Source: Candidatus Atelocyanobacterium thalassa isolate ALOHA (GTDB taxonomy: Bacteria; Cyanobacteriota; Cyanobacteriia; Cyanobacteriales; Microcystaceae). From it: a stretch of DNA of 32,000 nucleotides. The DNA lies in assembly GCF_000025125.1 (NCBI RefSeq), contig NC_013771.1, forward strand, positions 990,001 through 1,022,000. The letters run 5' to 3'. The translations under genes were made by a program, and so were the position numbers. Positions 1-9,495 of the stretch are shown here, one piece after another. Numbering within the stretch: position 1 is the stretch's first letter; every line of letters starts with the position of its first letter. The notes under the pieces were generated by a model. That model ran no database searches. It saw nothing but the letters and a program-made list of their open reading frames with translations, and was not told the origin of the DNA.

Positions 1-50
1 ACTTATAATCACTAGGTGAGTTTACAATATTTATATTCTAAATAACAATT

Positions 51-2120
51 ATGGGAAAATTTAAAGCAAGAGAATTAATAAATAAACAGTTACTTTCCCG
101 TAAGAGAAATAATGAACTGAAATTTCTAGGACATATTTTTACTTCATTATCCTTAGGCATAATCTCTTTAAATACTATTTTTCCAGCATCTGCACGTACA
201 TCTGAAGAATTAATTAGTTGCGACATGCTAATTGTAGGTGCTGGATTATCAGGTTCTGCTGCTGCCTACGAAGGTTTATTAGCAGGAAAGACTGTTTGTT
301 TAACTGAATTAACTGATTGGGTCGGAGGGCAAATTTCCTCACAAGGTAATTCAGCTTTTGATGAAGGGAAACAACAAAGATCATTACAGCATTTTTCTCG
401 AGGATATAATGTTTTAAGAAATAATATTGCTCGTTTTTATAATCGACAAAATCCTGGAGAATGTTGGGTTAGCGAAAGTTGTTTTTTACCATCTCATGGT
501 CATCAGCTATTATATAAACAATTAAAGAAGGCCGAGCAAAGCGGTAATGGAACTTTAAAATGGTTCCCATCAACTGTTGTTAAAGAGATAGAATTAAGCG
601 AGAATAATAGGTTAATACAAAGTGCTATTGCTATCCAACATAGTCCTACCGATTCAGATCTTTATCTGCATAAAGAACCACTCTCTCATACTATTAAGGA
701 TATTTACAGTTATAGTGACTCTGAGCGTTTTAAAAAAAGAATTATTCGTTTCCAGGCAAAATCTCAGGGAAAAAGTTCTACTAATTGGTTTGTAATAGAA
801 ACAACTGAAACAGGAGAAATAATTGCTCTAGCTGATATTCCATATAATTTGGGATTAGATCCTTTAAATCATTTTAATCCATCATCTCCAACAAAGAATA
901 GAGATCCTTATTGTCTACAAGGTTTTACATATCCTTTTGCAATGGAAAGAACAGCAAGTTCTCAAAACCAAAGCAAACCAAAATTTTATGATAAATATAA
1001 ACCTTACTATGGATACGATAATGATCGTCGACTAGCTCATTTCGATCTGGTATTTACTTATCGAAGGATTTGGACTCCTCGTAAGGGAAGACTAGTAAAG
1101 ACTGGCCCCCTTAAAGTTAATGAGCCTAGTTCTGGAGATATTTCTATGCAAAATTGGCTATGGGGAAATGATTACCGGCCAGGAACATCTCAAGATAATC
1201 TTGTATATACTCGTCAGCAATTAAAAGAGAAAGGACAATTAGAAAAAGGTAAATGGGAGGGAGGTTTACGCACAGAAACTTTGAGGAAAGGAGAGGAATT
1301 ATCTCTAGGATTTTATTATTGGTTAGTAGCAGGAACCACTGATTCTCGCCTAGGTAATAATATTAAAAAACCATCTTTAAATCATCGTCTATTAAAAGGT
1401 CTTAGTTCTCCTATGGGTACTAAGCATGGACTATCTAAGTATCCTTATATTAGAGAAGGAAGACGTATTATTGGAAGACCTTCTTATGATCATCCAAATG
1501 GATTTTCTGTAAATGAGATTGATATCTCAACTAAAGATTATTGGAATAATTTTTATCGTACCTCTTTACCTCGACCAATGTATCAAAGAGTATGGTCAAC
1601 CATTGCTAATTTAGAATCAAGGATAATGACATTAAGTAACCGTCCTTCATATTTAGTAACTAGACGCACCCATGCAACAATTTATCCAGATTCTGTCGGT
1701 GTTACCCAATATATGATCGATTTTCATCCATGTATGGTCTTATCTCCTCCAGAAAAATCAGGAAACCTTGAAAGAAGAGAAGTCCGTGTAGCTCATGGTT
1801 CAGCTCATCCAGCACAAATTCCTTTAAGAGCTATGATTCCTCAAAAAATAGATAATTTAATTGTTTCTGGGAAAAATATAGCTACCAGTCACATCGCAGC
1901 AGCAGCATATAGGGTACATGGATTTGAATGGTCAGTAGGAGCAGCGGCTGGTACATTGGCTAGCTTTTCTTTAGAGAAAGATATTTTACCCTATGAGTTA
2001 GTAGATGATTTACCTAAGCAAGAGCCTAATTTACAAAAATTTCGCCAAATACTAGAAAATAATGGTAATCCAACTACTTTCCCTCAAGCTATGATGTTTA
2101 GTTATTTACAAAATAATTAG
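51..2120 (+). CDS. FAD-dependent oxidoreductase family protein (PF12831-like) with an N-terminal signal peptide or membrane anchor; specific function unknown
   Basis: 689-aa ORF. A hydrophobic N-terminal segment (LGHIFTSLSLGIISLNTIFPASA) is followed by the dinucleotide-binding motif DMLIVGAGLSGSAAAYEG...VGGQ. The C-terminal NLIVSGKNIATSHIAAAAYRVHGFEWSVGAAAG block is typical of FAD_oxidored/GIDA-like flavoproteins. The large central region has no motif I recognise. Confidence 0.6.
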   Translation: MGKFKARELINKQLLSRKRNNELKFLGHIFTSLSLGIISLNTIFPASARTSEELISCDMLIVGAGLSGSAAAYEGLLAGKTVCLTELTDWVGGQISSQGNSAFDEGKQQRSLQHFSRGYNVLRNNIARFYNRQNPGECWVSESCFLPSHGHQLLYKQLKKAEQSGNGTLKWFPSTVVKEIELSENNRLIQSAIAIQHSPTDSDLYLHKEPLSHTIKDIYSYSDSERFKKRIIRFQAKSQGKSSTNWFVIETTETGEIIALADIPYNLGLDPLNHFNPSSPTKNRDPYCLQGFTYPFAMERTASSQNQSKPKFYDKYKPYYGYDNDRRLAHFDLVFTYRRIWTPRKGRLVKTGPLKVNEPSSGDISMQNWLWGNDYRPGTSQDNLVYTRQQLKEKGQLEKGKWEGGLRTETLRKGEELSLGFYYWLVAGTTDSRLGNNIKKPSLNHRLLKGLSSPMGTKHGLSKYPYIREGRRIIGRPSYDHPNGFSVNEIDISTKDYWNNFYRTSLPRPMYQRVWSTIANLESRIMTLSNRPSYLVTRRTHATIYPDSVGVTQYMIDFHPCMVLSPPEKSGNLERREVRVAHGSAHPAQIPLRAMIPQKIDNLIVSGKNIATSHIAAAAYRVHGFEWSVGAAAGTLASFSLEKDILPYELVDDLPKQEPNLQKFRQILENNGNPTTFPQAMMFSYLQNN

Positions 2121-2140
2121 TTTAAATAGTCTTTTTTTAG

Positions 2141-2216
2141 ATTTATTAAACTAATTTTAGATCTAGATGTATTATCTAAAATTAATATATCTAGATCTGA
2201 AATTAGTTTAATAAAT
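2141..2216. repeat. 76-nt inverted repeat (28-nt arms, 27/28 complementary, 20-nt loop) between convergent genes; probable bidirectional terminator or palindromic element
   Basis: Left arm ATTTATTAAACTAATTTTAGATCTAGAT (2141-2168). Right arm ATCTAGATCTGAAATTAGTTTAATAAAT (2189-2216). The single mismatch is a G-U pair in a + strand transcript. The element lies 21 nt after the stop of the FAD protein and 77 nt after the stop of smc. Confidence 0.5.
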
Positions 2217-2292
2217 ATCAGTTACAAATAAGTTAAAGGAATAACTAAGTATTATCAATTTTGTTTGTCTTAAAAAACATGGGAAAAATAAC

Positions 2293-5200
2293 TTATAATT
2301 TAATCCCTAAAACTTGGGTATGAGCTCCTCTTGCTTGTGTAACGCCAATAGTCCTCTGAGATGCTTCAATCATTGGACGGCGTAAGCTTACAACGATAAA
2401 TTGAGCTTTTTGTGCTTGTGTATGGATCATTTGAGATAATCTTTCTACATTTGCTCCATCTAGAAACATATCAACTTCATCGAAAGCATAAAATGGTGAT
2501 GGACGATACTGCTGTAGAGAAAAAATAAAACTTAATGCTGTTAATGATTTTTCCCCACCTGACATTGAGCTTAAACGTTGCACTGGCTTACCTTTTGGGT
2601 GTGCCACAAGATTCAAACCACCTTTGAACGGATCTTCTTCATCGTCTAATTGCAAGTATCCATCACCTTGTGATAAGGTGGCAAAAATTTTCTTGAAGTT
2701 GTCATTAACTGTATCAAAAGATTCTTTAAATGAACGTAATCTTAAAGTTGTAAAATTTTCAATTCTTAATAACAATTCTGTTCTTTCTTCTTGAATAGTA
2801 ACTAATTTACTTGTAAGTTCACTAAGTCTCTCTTGCACTTTTTCATATTCTTCTAATGCAAGCATATTAACGGGCTCCATTAACTCCAATTGTCTTTGTT
2901 TTTTATATATTTCTTTCTGTAATTTTTCAGTATGGGTTAATAAGTCATCTAAACTCTCGCTTAGTTCAGATAATAAAGGTATTTCCGGCAAAGGATTTGG
3001 TAAATTACATTGAGCTTCTTTCTCATCTTTCTCAAAAGTGGATAATATTTCTTGTTTTTCTTTTTGCTTAGCTTGTAACTTCTCTAATGTCCAAATATGA
3101 TCCTGATATTCTTTTTCGAGGACTTTAATCTTTTCTTCTAGAGAATCACGTTTGTTTTTAGTAACATATAATTTTTGTGTTAATTCTTCTAATAAAATTT
3201 CTAGTTTTCCAATCTCAATATTAAGATTTTTAAGTTTACCTTCAATTTCTACTTGCTGATTGTTAATATCAGAAATTTGTTGCTTGTTCAATTTTATTTT
3301 TAATTCATCTTCATGAATTTTATATTCTATACCAGCAATTTGATTTTTAATATCTTGAAACTTTTCTTCTCCTCGACGTAATTCTATTTCTCGATCTTGT
3401 AAATGATTTTCTTGATCTTTTATTAATACCTGAACTTCTTGCCATTCACTGTGGGAATGAGATTTTTCTATATTTTTTAATTGTTGTTGTTTCTTGAGTA
3501 ATTCTATTTCCAACAAAGAACTTTTTTTATCAATACTAGCAAGCTCATTTTTTAATGTTTCTATTTCTTTTTGATAACTACTTATTTTAATTTTTGAATC
3601 ACTTTTATAGCTTTCGAGTTTTCCTACTTCTTTCTTAACTTGTTGATATTTCAACTGTTGTTCTCTATCTAACTGCTGTGTTTTTATTAATTTATCAGAA
3701 ATATCTTGAATTTGCTTTGTCTTAATTTCTATATTTGCTTCATTTTTAAGTACAAGGTTTTCTATATCTACTAACCTTTCTTTAAATATTCTAATTTCCT
3801 CAGGTTCTCCCTGATTTAAAATGCCAAAACGTATGGTAGGCCTCTGAGGCCTACTCCCGCCTGTCATAGCTCCACTAGCCTCTAGTAAGTCTCCATCTAA
3901 AGTTACGATACGCTGTTTACCTGAATATTGCTTCGCATAATCTATAGTTTCAAAAACAGCTGTATTACCAAAAATATAGGAAAAAACTTTTGCATACTTT
4001 GAGTTACATTCGACTAGATCAACTGCTAAACCAATAAAACCAGGAGCGTTTTTTAGATAAAAATTATTTTGTTTAGAATACGATCTAATTTTGGTTAGTG
4101 GTAAAAAAGTTGCCCTTCCAGCTTTTGCCTTTTTTAACATGTTAATCCCAGAAATAGCAATAGCGTCATCTTCAACTACAACATGCCCTAAACGCGAACC
4201 TGCCGCAATTTCTAGCGCTAATTGATGAAGTGGATCAACTTGTCCTAATTCAGCTACTAAACCACATATACCAGATAACTTTGAATTTAAAATAAATTGA
4301 GAAGCGTAAGTTCCTTGGACTTCTTGCTTTGCTTGCCTAGATGCCTCTAAACGATCTAGTTGCCTTTGTTTTTCTCTATATTCTTTATCTAGCCTTGACT
4401 GAGTTTCTTTTATAATGTTGTACTCTTGTCTTTCTATATTTAATTTATCAGTTATTACTTGTATATTTTCTGTATAGAAAATTGATAATTTTTCCAATTC
4501 TTGATTTTGCAGATCTAGATCTTTTTCATATTTTTCAAACTGTTCTTTTTCCTTATTTAAACTACCTAATATTAGCTGCTGACGCTCAGATAATTTAGCT
4601 TTTTGTGCTAATTGAGGATTTAGCTCACTTTGTAGGCTAGATGCTTCTATACTAAGGCCTGCTTGTTCTTGTATCCAAGAATCAGATGTTTCAGCAATTA
4701 TTGCAGCTTGTTTTCTTACCTTTTGTAAGGTGTTATAACTTCTTGATTTTTGTTCTTTAAGCAGTGGTAAAAGTTCTTGTTGCAATTTATTACTGTTTTG
4801 ACTTAGTACGTTTAATTCTTCTTCTTTTTGAAGAATATTTTCTACTGCTTTATTTTCTTCTAGTTTAATTTTTTCACTCGTACAATATGATTCTTTCTTA
4901 TGCTGCTGTAGTTGATCAACTTGTGCTTTTTGTGTAGCAATTTTAGAGGCAATAGTTAACCGTTCATCTTCTCCTAGTTCTTTAACTTGAAGATTTAAGT
5001 TCTTAAGATCAGTATTTAGTATGTCTAATTTATTTTCTAATTCTGAATTACTTTTAATTAGTTTTTCTTCTCTTTCCTCATCTTCTGATTTTTCTTTTTT
5101 AAGGTTAGAAATTTTCTTGAGCAAAGATTTCCATAATAAAACTGCTTCCCATTCTTTTTTCTGAGAAATTTCTTGTTTAAGCTTTTGATATTTTTCAGCT

Positions 5201-5889
5201 TTTGCCCTATCGCCTGCCAAGCGTTCTAATGAATTTTCTAATTCTACTTGTATAATCTTGCAACGTTCTTCTCTATCTCTAACCTCCTCTAAAGTTTCCT
5301 TAGTTTTATTAATTTTGCGATCAAATTCTGCAACTCCAGCAAGTTCATCAATAATAACTCGTCTTTCTTTAGAGTTCATGCTAATGATACTAGTTACATC
5401 TCCTTGAAGAACAACATTATAGCCTTCAGGATAAATACGAAAGCGATTTAATTCTTCGTGAAGCTCATTAACAGTGCATGGTCTTTCGTTTATGTAGTAA
5501 TTAGAAGAATAACTACCTCCTTTGGTAACACGTAAGCGTCTTGTTACTTTCCATTCGGTTTTATTAATTAAATTGTTTTCTTCTTCTGTTTCTATTGTTT
5601 TTAAAGATTCTTCTGAACTTAAATAATCTGAAATATCGAAGGTAACAGAAACATAAGCTTCTCGATTATTACGATTATTAGTATTATGGCTAATTAAATC
5701 TGGTAACCTTTCAGCTCTTAGTCCCTTAGAAGTGGCTAATCCAAGGCAAAATAGTAATGCATCCAATATGTTGGATTTACCTGAACCGTTTGGTCCAGAT
5801 ACTACTGTAAATCCAGGCAGAAATGGGATGGATGTAGTTCCACCAAAAGATTTAAAATGAGATAGTTCAATGCGCTTAATATGAACCAT
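2293..5889 (-). CDS. smc: Chromosome segregation protein SMC
   Basis: 1198 aa. N-terminal IKRIELSHFKSF and Walker A GPNGSGKSN. Two long K/E/L/Q-rich coiled-coil arms. Hinge region (GLVAELGQVDPLHQLALEIAAGSRLGHVVVEDD). Signature LSGGEKSLTALSF and Walker B FYAFDEVDMFLD. Confidence 0.92.
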   Translation of the reverse strand: MVHIKRIELSHFKSFGGTTSIPFLPGFTVVSGPNGSGKSNILDALLFCLGLATSKGLRAERLPDLISHNTNNRNNREAYVSVTFDISDYLSSEESLKTIETEEENNLINKTEWKVTRRLRVTKGGSYSSNYYINERPCTVNELHEELNRFRIYPEGYNVVLQGDVTSIISMNSKERRVIIDELAGVAEFDRKINKTKETLEEVRDREERCKIIQVELENSLERLAGDRAKAEKYQKLKQEISQKKEWEAVLLWKSLLKKISNLKKEKSEDEEREEKLIKSNSELENKLDILNTDLKNLNLQVKELGEDERLTIASKIATQKAQVDQLQQHKKESYCTSEKIKLEENKAVENILQKEEELNVLSQNSNKLQQELLPLLKEQKSRSYNTLQKVRKQAAIIAETSDSWIQEQAGLSIEASSLQSELNPQLAQKAKLSERQQLILGSLNKEKEQFEKYEKDLDLQNQELEKLSIFYTENIQVITDKLNIERQEYNIIKETQSRLDKEYREKQRQLDRLEASRQAKQEVQGTYASQFILNSKLSGICGLVAELGQVDPLHQLALEIAAGSRLGHVVVEDDAIAISGINMLKKAKAGRATFLPLTKIRSYSKQNNFYLKNAPGFIGLAVDLVECNSKYAKVFSYIFGNTAVFETIDYAKQYSGKQRIVTLDGDLLEASGAMTGGSRPQRPTIRFGILNQGEPEEIRIFKERLVDIENLVLKNEANIEIKTKQIQDISDKLIKTQQLDREQQLKYQQVKKEVGKLESYKSDSKIKISSYQKEIETLKNELASIDKKSSLLEIELLKKQQQLKNIEKSHSHSEWQEVQVLIKDQENHLQDREIELRRGEEKFQDIKNQIAGIEYKIHEDELKIKLNKQQISDINNQQVEIEGKLKNLNIEIGKLEILLEELTQKLYVTKNKRDSLEEKIKVLEKEYQDHIWTLEKLQAKQKEKQEILSTFEKDEKEAQCNLPNPLPEIPLLSELSESLDDLLTHTEKLQKEIYKKQRQLELMEPVNMLALEEYEKVQERLSELTSKLVTIQEERTELLLRIENFTTLRLRSFKESFDTVNDNFKKIFATLSQGDGYLQLDDEEDPFKGGLNLVAHPKGKPVQRLSSMSGGEKSLTALSFIFSLQQYRPSPFYAFDEVDMFLDGANVERLSQMIHTQAQKAQFIVVSLRRPMIEASQRTIGVTQARGAHTQVLGIKL

Positions 5890-5928
5890 GGAGCGATATT
5901 AATAATGCAATTGAAAAATTTAAAACAC

Positions 5929-5958
5929 AATTTAGATATAGTTCTATATATCTAAATT
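5929..5958. repeat. Small perfect hairpin (12-bp stem, 6-nt loop) 40 nt upstream of the smc start
   Basis: AATTTAGATATA-gttcta-TATATCTAAATT read directly from the sequence. It could be a distant ispE terminator or part of the smc leader or operator. The stem is entirely A/T-rich, so the role is uncertain. Confidence 0.3.
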
Positions 5959-6163
5959 CAAAAGACTCTTTTCAACATATATAGGTTTCTAAATAACTAA
6001 TAAAAGTTAAAAGAATTTTTAAAATATACTCATAAACCTTGTTAAAAGCTCATACTGAATATGAATTATATAGATGGTCTTTAAAGCTATTTAGTTTCAT
6101 ATCATAGAATTAAAATTATTTAATTCAAGACTTCTATAAAATGTGCTTAGTAGTGAAGATAGT

Positions 6164-7099
6164 TCAACTTTTTATATTGTTGATACCATTACTTGAAAGT
6201 TTACTGATGAATAACTCTAAATTAGGATCTTGAAAAGTTTTTACGATAATGTTTTTAATTTCTTCAGCTTGTTCACGAGACTGGCATAATGTAAAGATGG
6301 TAGGTCCTGACCCTGACATCATAGTACCTAAACCCCCCATTTTCTCCATAAAAGATTTCAATTCAGTAATCATCAGATGCTCAGATAAAACAACTTTTTC
6401 TAAATCGTTATACAGTAAATTTCCAATTTTTTGACCGTCTTTCTGATCAATAGCATTAATAAGAAGTTCGAAGTTATTACTATTTTTCTTTTTATCATTT
6501 TTTTCATAACATTTACCAAATTGTTCTTTATGTTTTTGATAAGCCCAAGGAGTTGAAATAGAAAAATTTTGATACTTTGCTAAAACTATCCAAAGGTTGT
6601 CTAATTTATTTATTGGATTTATTATTTCGCCTTTTCCTGTAGCGATCGCAGTTCCTCCATTAATACAAAACGGAACATCGGAACCTAGTTCTTCCCCCAA
6701 CTTTTGTAATTCATAATCATTTAAATCTAATTTCCATAATAAATTTAATGCTAATAAAACTGCAGCTCCATCAGTTGATCCTCCTGCTAATCCTGCAGCT
6801 ACAGGTATCCGCTTATCAATAATAATATCAACCCCTCCATAAAGATTCAGGGAGTTGGGAAATTTTTTTATTATGAGTTGAGCAGCACGATAAGCAATAT
6901 TTGTTTCGTTCAAAGGAACCAGCAAGTTATTGCAATATAAATTAATATTTTGAGTTCCATTAAAATTAATTTTTATGTAATCACTTAATTCAATACTCTG
7001 TAGAACCATTATCAACTCATGATAATTATCAAACCGTTCCCCAAGAATCTCTAGGTATAAGTTAATCTTAGCTGGGGCAAGTAAGTTACAAGTTTTCAT
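6164..7099 (-). CDS. ispE: 4-diphosphocytidyl-2-C-methyl-D-erythritol kinase (MEP pathway)
   Basis: 311 aa. N-terminal APAKINLYLEILG and GHMP-kinase motif PVAAGLAGGSTDGAAVLLALN. C-terminal MSGSGPTIFTL motif. Contains the only HIP1 octamer (GCGATCGC, 6642-6649) in the window. Confidence 0.88.
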   Translation of the reverse strand: MKTCNLLAPAKINLYLEILGERFDNYHELIMVLQSIELSDYIKINFNGTQNINLYCNNLLVPLNETNIAYRAAQLIIKKFPNSLNLYGGVDIIIDKRIPVAAGLAGGSTDGAAVLLALNLLWKLDLNDYELQKLGEELGSDVPFCINGGTAIATGKGEIINPINKLDNLWIVLAKYQNFSISTPWAYQKHKEQFGKCYEKNDKKKNSNNFELLINAIDQKDGQKIGNLLYNDLEKVVLSEHLMITELKSFMEKMGGLGTMMSGSGPTIFTLCQSREQAEEIKNIIVKTFQDPNLELFISKLSSNGINNIKS

Positions 7100-7209
7100 T
7101 TTATTGGCCTAGTAAATAATTGTTGACATGATAATACTAATAAAATTTAAAAATTATAGACTTTTATCTAGGTTATATTTTGAATATTAAATATATACAA
7201 ATACTTTTT

Positions 7210-7626
7210 CTATTTTTTACTCAATTTCTGCAAATCCAACCTTTGTAGTTCAACTATATAGAACTCTCCAATATCTTGATTACCGATAAGAATGGGCTGA
7301 TATATTATCTCCCCTTTAATTTTTATTATCTCTCCTATATTTGGAATTTCACCAAAAGTTTTTAATACCCATATTTTCCCAGTTTCATCTTGAAGTTGAT
7401 AAGAACTACTATCTAGAAAGAGAGCATGATCTACAACGCTTCCTTCGAGATAAACAACTTGATGAGTTAAGCTGGAATCAATTGGTTTTTGAGTCAAAAG
7501 CTTTTGGATAGAAATAGTTGAAGATTGAAAAAAAGTAAGATGGTTTAATATTGCATATCCAATCGATGTTCCTGCTATAAGAAGAAAAATAATAACGATA
7601 ACTTTTCTAATATTTAAAATTTTCAT
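7210..7626 (-). CDS. Hypothetical membrane-anchored small protein, possibly OB-fold (BOF/tRNA_anti-like) ectodomain
   Basis: 138 aa. One N-terminal TM/signal-anchor (VIVIIFLLIAGTSIGYAIL). It is followed by a beta-rich pattern (VVYLEGSVVD...YQLQDETGKIWVLK...IKIKGEIIY) reminiscent of periplasmic OB-fold proteins. No catalytic motif. Confidence 0.45.
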   Translation of the reverse strand: MKILNIRKVIVIIFLLIAGTSIGYAILNHLTFFQSSTISIQKLLTQKPIDSSLTHQVVYLEGSVVDHALFLDSSSYQLQDETGKIWVLKTFGEIPNIGEIIKIKGEIIYQPILIGNQDIGEFYIVELQRLDLQKLSKK

Positions 7627-7923
7627 AACATAACAAGAATTATTGAATCGATCATTTAAAAATGCTTTTCCTATAGGATAGGACGCAATAAGATAATTCT
7701 ACGTTCCGACATAGTTCATATTTTTCTAAATGTTGAGCATTAGTATAAAAAATAATTAAATTTACTTATGTCTTTTAGCTAAACTTTATAGAATTGATGA
7801 ATGATTATTAGTGCTTGAAAATCAAAGCAAAAGTTAAAGTTTCGACATAACTGTAGCTTGAGTTTCATATTATGCTTAAAAGAGTTATTATCATCCGTAG
7901 ATATTTGTAGAAATTAACTTAAT

Positions 7924-9225
7924 TTGATGGTTACAATAAGTACGCTACCAGGAACACGAGATATTCTGCCAGAAGAGATTGGTTATTGGCAATATGTGGA
8001 AGCTACAGCGGCTAAAATTCTTGGTCGTGCGATGTACCGTGAAATTCGCTCTCCAATTTTTGAAAATACTTCTTTGTTTGAGAGGGGTATAGGAGAAGCT
8101 ACAGATGTTGTAAGTAAAGAAATGTACACTTTCCCCGATCGTAGTGATCGTTTAGTCACACTTCGACCAGAGGGGACTGCAGGAGTCGCACGTGCTTATC
8201 TACAAAATAATTTACATTCTCTGGGCGGAGTTCAACGCCTTTGGTATTCTGGACCAATGTTTCGTTATGAGAGGCCACAAGCTGGTCGCCAAAGACAGTT
8301 TCATCAAATTGGATTGGAGTTGATAGGTGCAAGAGATCCTAGGGCAGACGTAGAAGTTATTGCTTTAGCAACTGATGTTTTAAAATTTCTAGGATTAAAA
8401 CAACTAAAACTAAATATTAATTCTATAGGTGATAAAAATGATAGGAACCTTTATCGAGAAGCATTAATTAATTATTTTTTATCTCATAAAGAAGATTTAG
8501 ATATTGACTCTCAAAATCGTTTACTTAAAAATCCTTTACGAATTCTAGATAGTAAGAACGAAAAGACTAAAGAAATTAATAAAAACGCTCCTAACATATT
8601 ACATTTTCTTGGGAAAGAGTCTCAAAAACACTTTGACGAAGTACAACAACTATTAACGGATTTAAACATTAATTATCAGATTAACCCATGTCTTGTCAGA
8701 GGGCTAGACTATTATACACATACTGCATTTGAGATTCAGTCTGATAACTTAGGCACTCAATCTACAGTATGTGGTGGCGGAAGATATGATCATTTAATCG
8801 AAGAACTTGGTGGAACCTCAACTCCTGCCGTAGGATGGGCTATAGGCGTTGAAAGATTAATTATGCTACTTAAACAAATTGAATGTTCTCCTCAACACAA
8901 CCCTGATGTTTATATTGTTTCAAAAGGTAAAAAAGCAGAAGCAATTGGGTTATACTTAGCTCAAAAATTACGCTCTGAAGAATTAATCGTTGAATTAGAT
9001 ATGAGTGGAAGTAACTTTGGGAAACAGTTTAAGAGAGCTGACCGTAGCAAAGCATCTGTTTGTATAGTTCTTGGTGAAGAGGAAGCAGAAAATAACACGT
9101 TACAGGTTAAGTGGCTACATACCAAGGAACAAAATTCTATGACTCAGGTAGACTTATTAAATCACATTACAGAGTTTAAAAAACAGATAAACAAATATAG
9201 AGAAGTATCATCAAAATTAATTTAA
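7924..9225 (+). CDS. hisS: Histidine--tRNA ligase
   Basis: 433 aa. Class II aaRS motifs: GTRDILPEE, LRPEGTAGVARA, FRYERPQAGRQRQFHQIG, GGGRYD, GWAIGVERL. The ORF track starts at TTG 7924; the adjacent ATG at 7927 is the more likely start. Confidence 0.92.
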   Translation: MMVTISTLPGTRDILPEEIGYWQYVEATAAKILGRAMYREIRSPIFENTSLFERGIGEATDVVSKEMYTFPDRSDRLVTLRPEGTAGVARAYLQNNLHSLGGVQRLWYSGPMFRYERPQAGRQRQFHQIGLELIGARDPRADVEVIALATDVLKFLGLKQLKLNINSIGDKNDRNLYREALINYFLSHKEDLDIDSQNRLLKNPLRILDSKNEKTKEINKNAPNILHFLGKESQKHFDEVQQLLTDLNINYQINPCLVRGLDYYTHTAFEIQSDNLGTQSTVCGGGRYDHLIEELGGTSTPAVGWAIGVERLIMLLKQIECSPQHNPDVYIVSKGKKAEAIGLYLAQKLRSEELIVELDMSGSNFGKQFKRADRSKASVCIVLGEEEAENNTLQVKWLHTKEQNSMTQVDLLNHITEFKKQINKYREVSSKLI

Positions 9226-9333
9226 GAAAACAATTTAGTTGATATAAAAAATTAATGATCTTTATTTGAATTTATCTAAATTATTGTGTTTTTCCTACAA
9301 TATAGTTTTCGGAGAATCATGACAGACAATTAT

Positions 9334-9495
9334 TTAAAATAGTGTATATATAAAAGGTGCAATTACTGACCCTTGGGTAAACACAATTAGTGCTCCCAAT
9401 ACTACTAAAGTTATTATCAAAGGAGCTAGCCAAAACTTTTTGCGTTCACGAAGAAAACCCCATATATCTTTTAAGAATTCAAAAAATCCAATCAT
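9334..9495 (-). CDS. DUF5989/SxtK-like small membrane protein (53 aa); not in the supplied ORF track
   Basis: My own translation of the minus strand gives MIGFFEFLKDIWGFLRERKKFWLAPLIITLVVLGALIVFTQGSVIAPFIYTLF. There is one TM helix. The RERKKFWL and C-terminal APFIYTLF strings match my recollection of the DUF5989 family, which is found next to carbamoyltransferases. Its ATG overlaps the upstream stop codon as TAATG (positions 9497-9493), which suggests translational coupling. Confidence 0.6.
   Translation of the reverse strand: MIGFFEFLKDIWGFLRERKKFWLAPLIITLVVLGALIVFTQGSVIAPFIYTLF

Noticed and set aside
38-226. 62-aa minus-strand ORF overlapping the 5' end of the FAD-protein gene
   Set aside because: It lies antisense to a well-supported CDS and has low-complexity A/T-driven composition with no recognisable motif. 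It is a typical shadow ORF.
2293-5889. SMC-like ATPase as a possible defence component (Wadjet JetC or Lamassu LmuB type)
   Set aside because: It is a full-length canonical SMC of 1198 aa with hinge, signature and Walker motifs. There are no JetA/B/D- or LmuA-like partners, and the neighbours are housekeeping genes. It is the chromosomal condensin.
6249-6434. 61-aa + strand ORF inside ispE
   Set aside because: It is antisense to ispE, which has clear GHMP-kinase motifs. I see no independent support for it.
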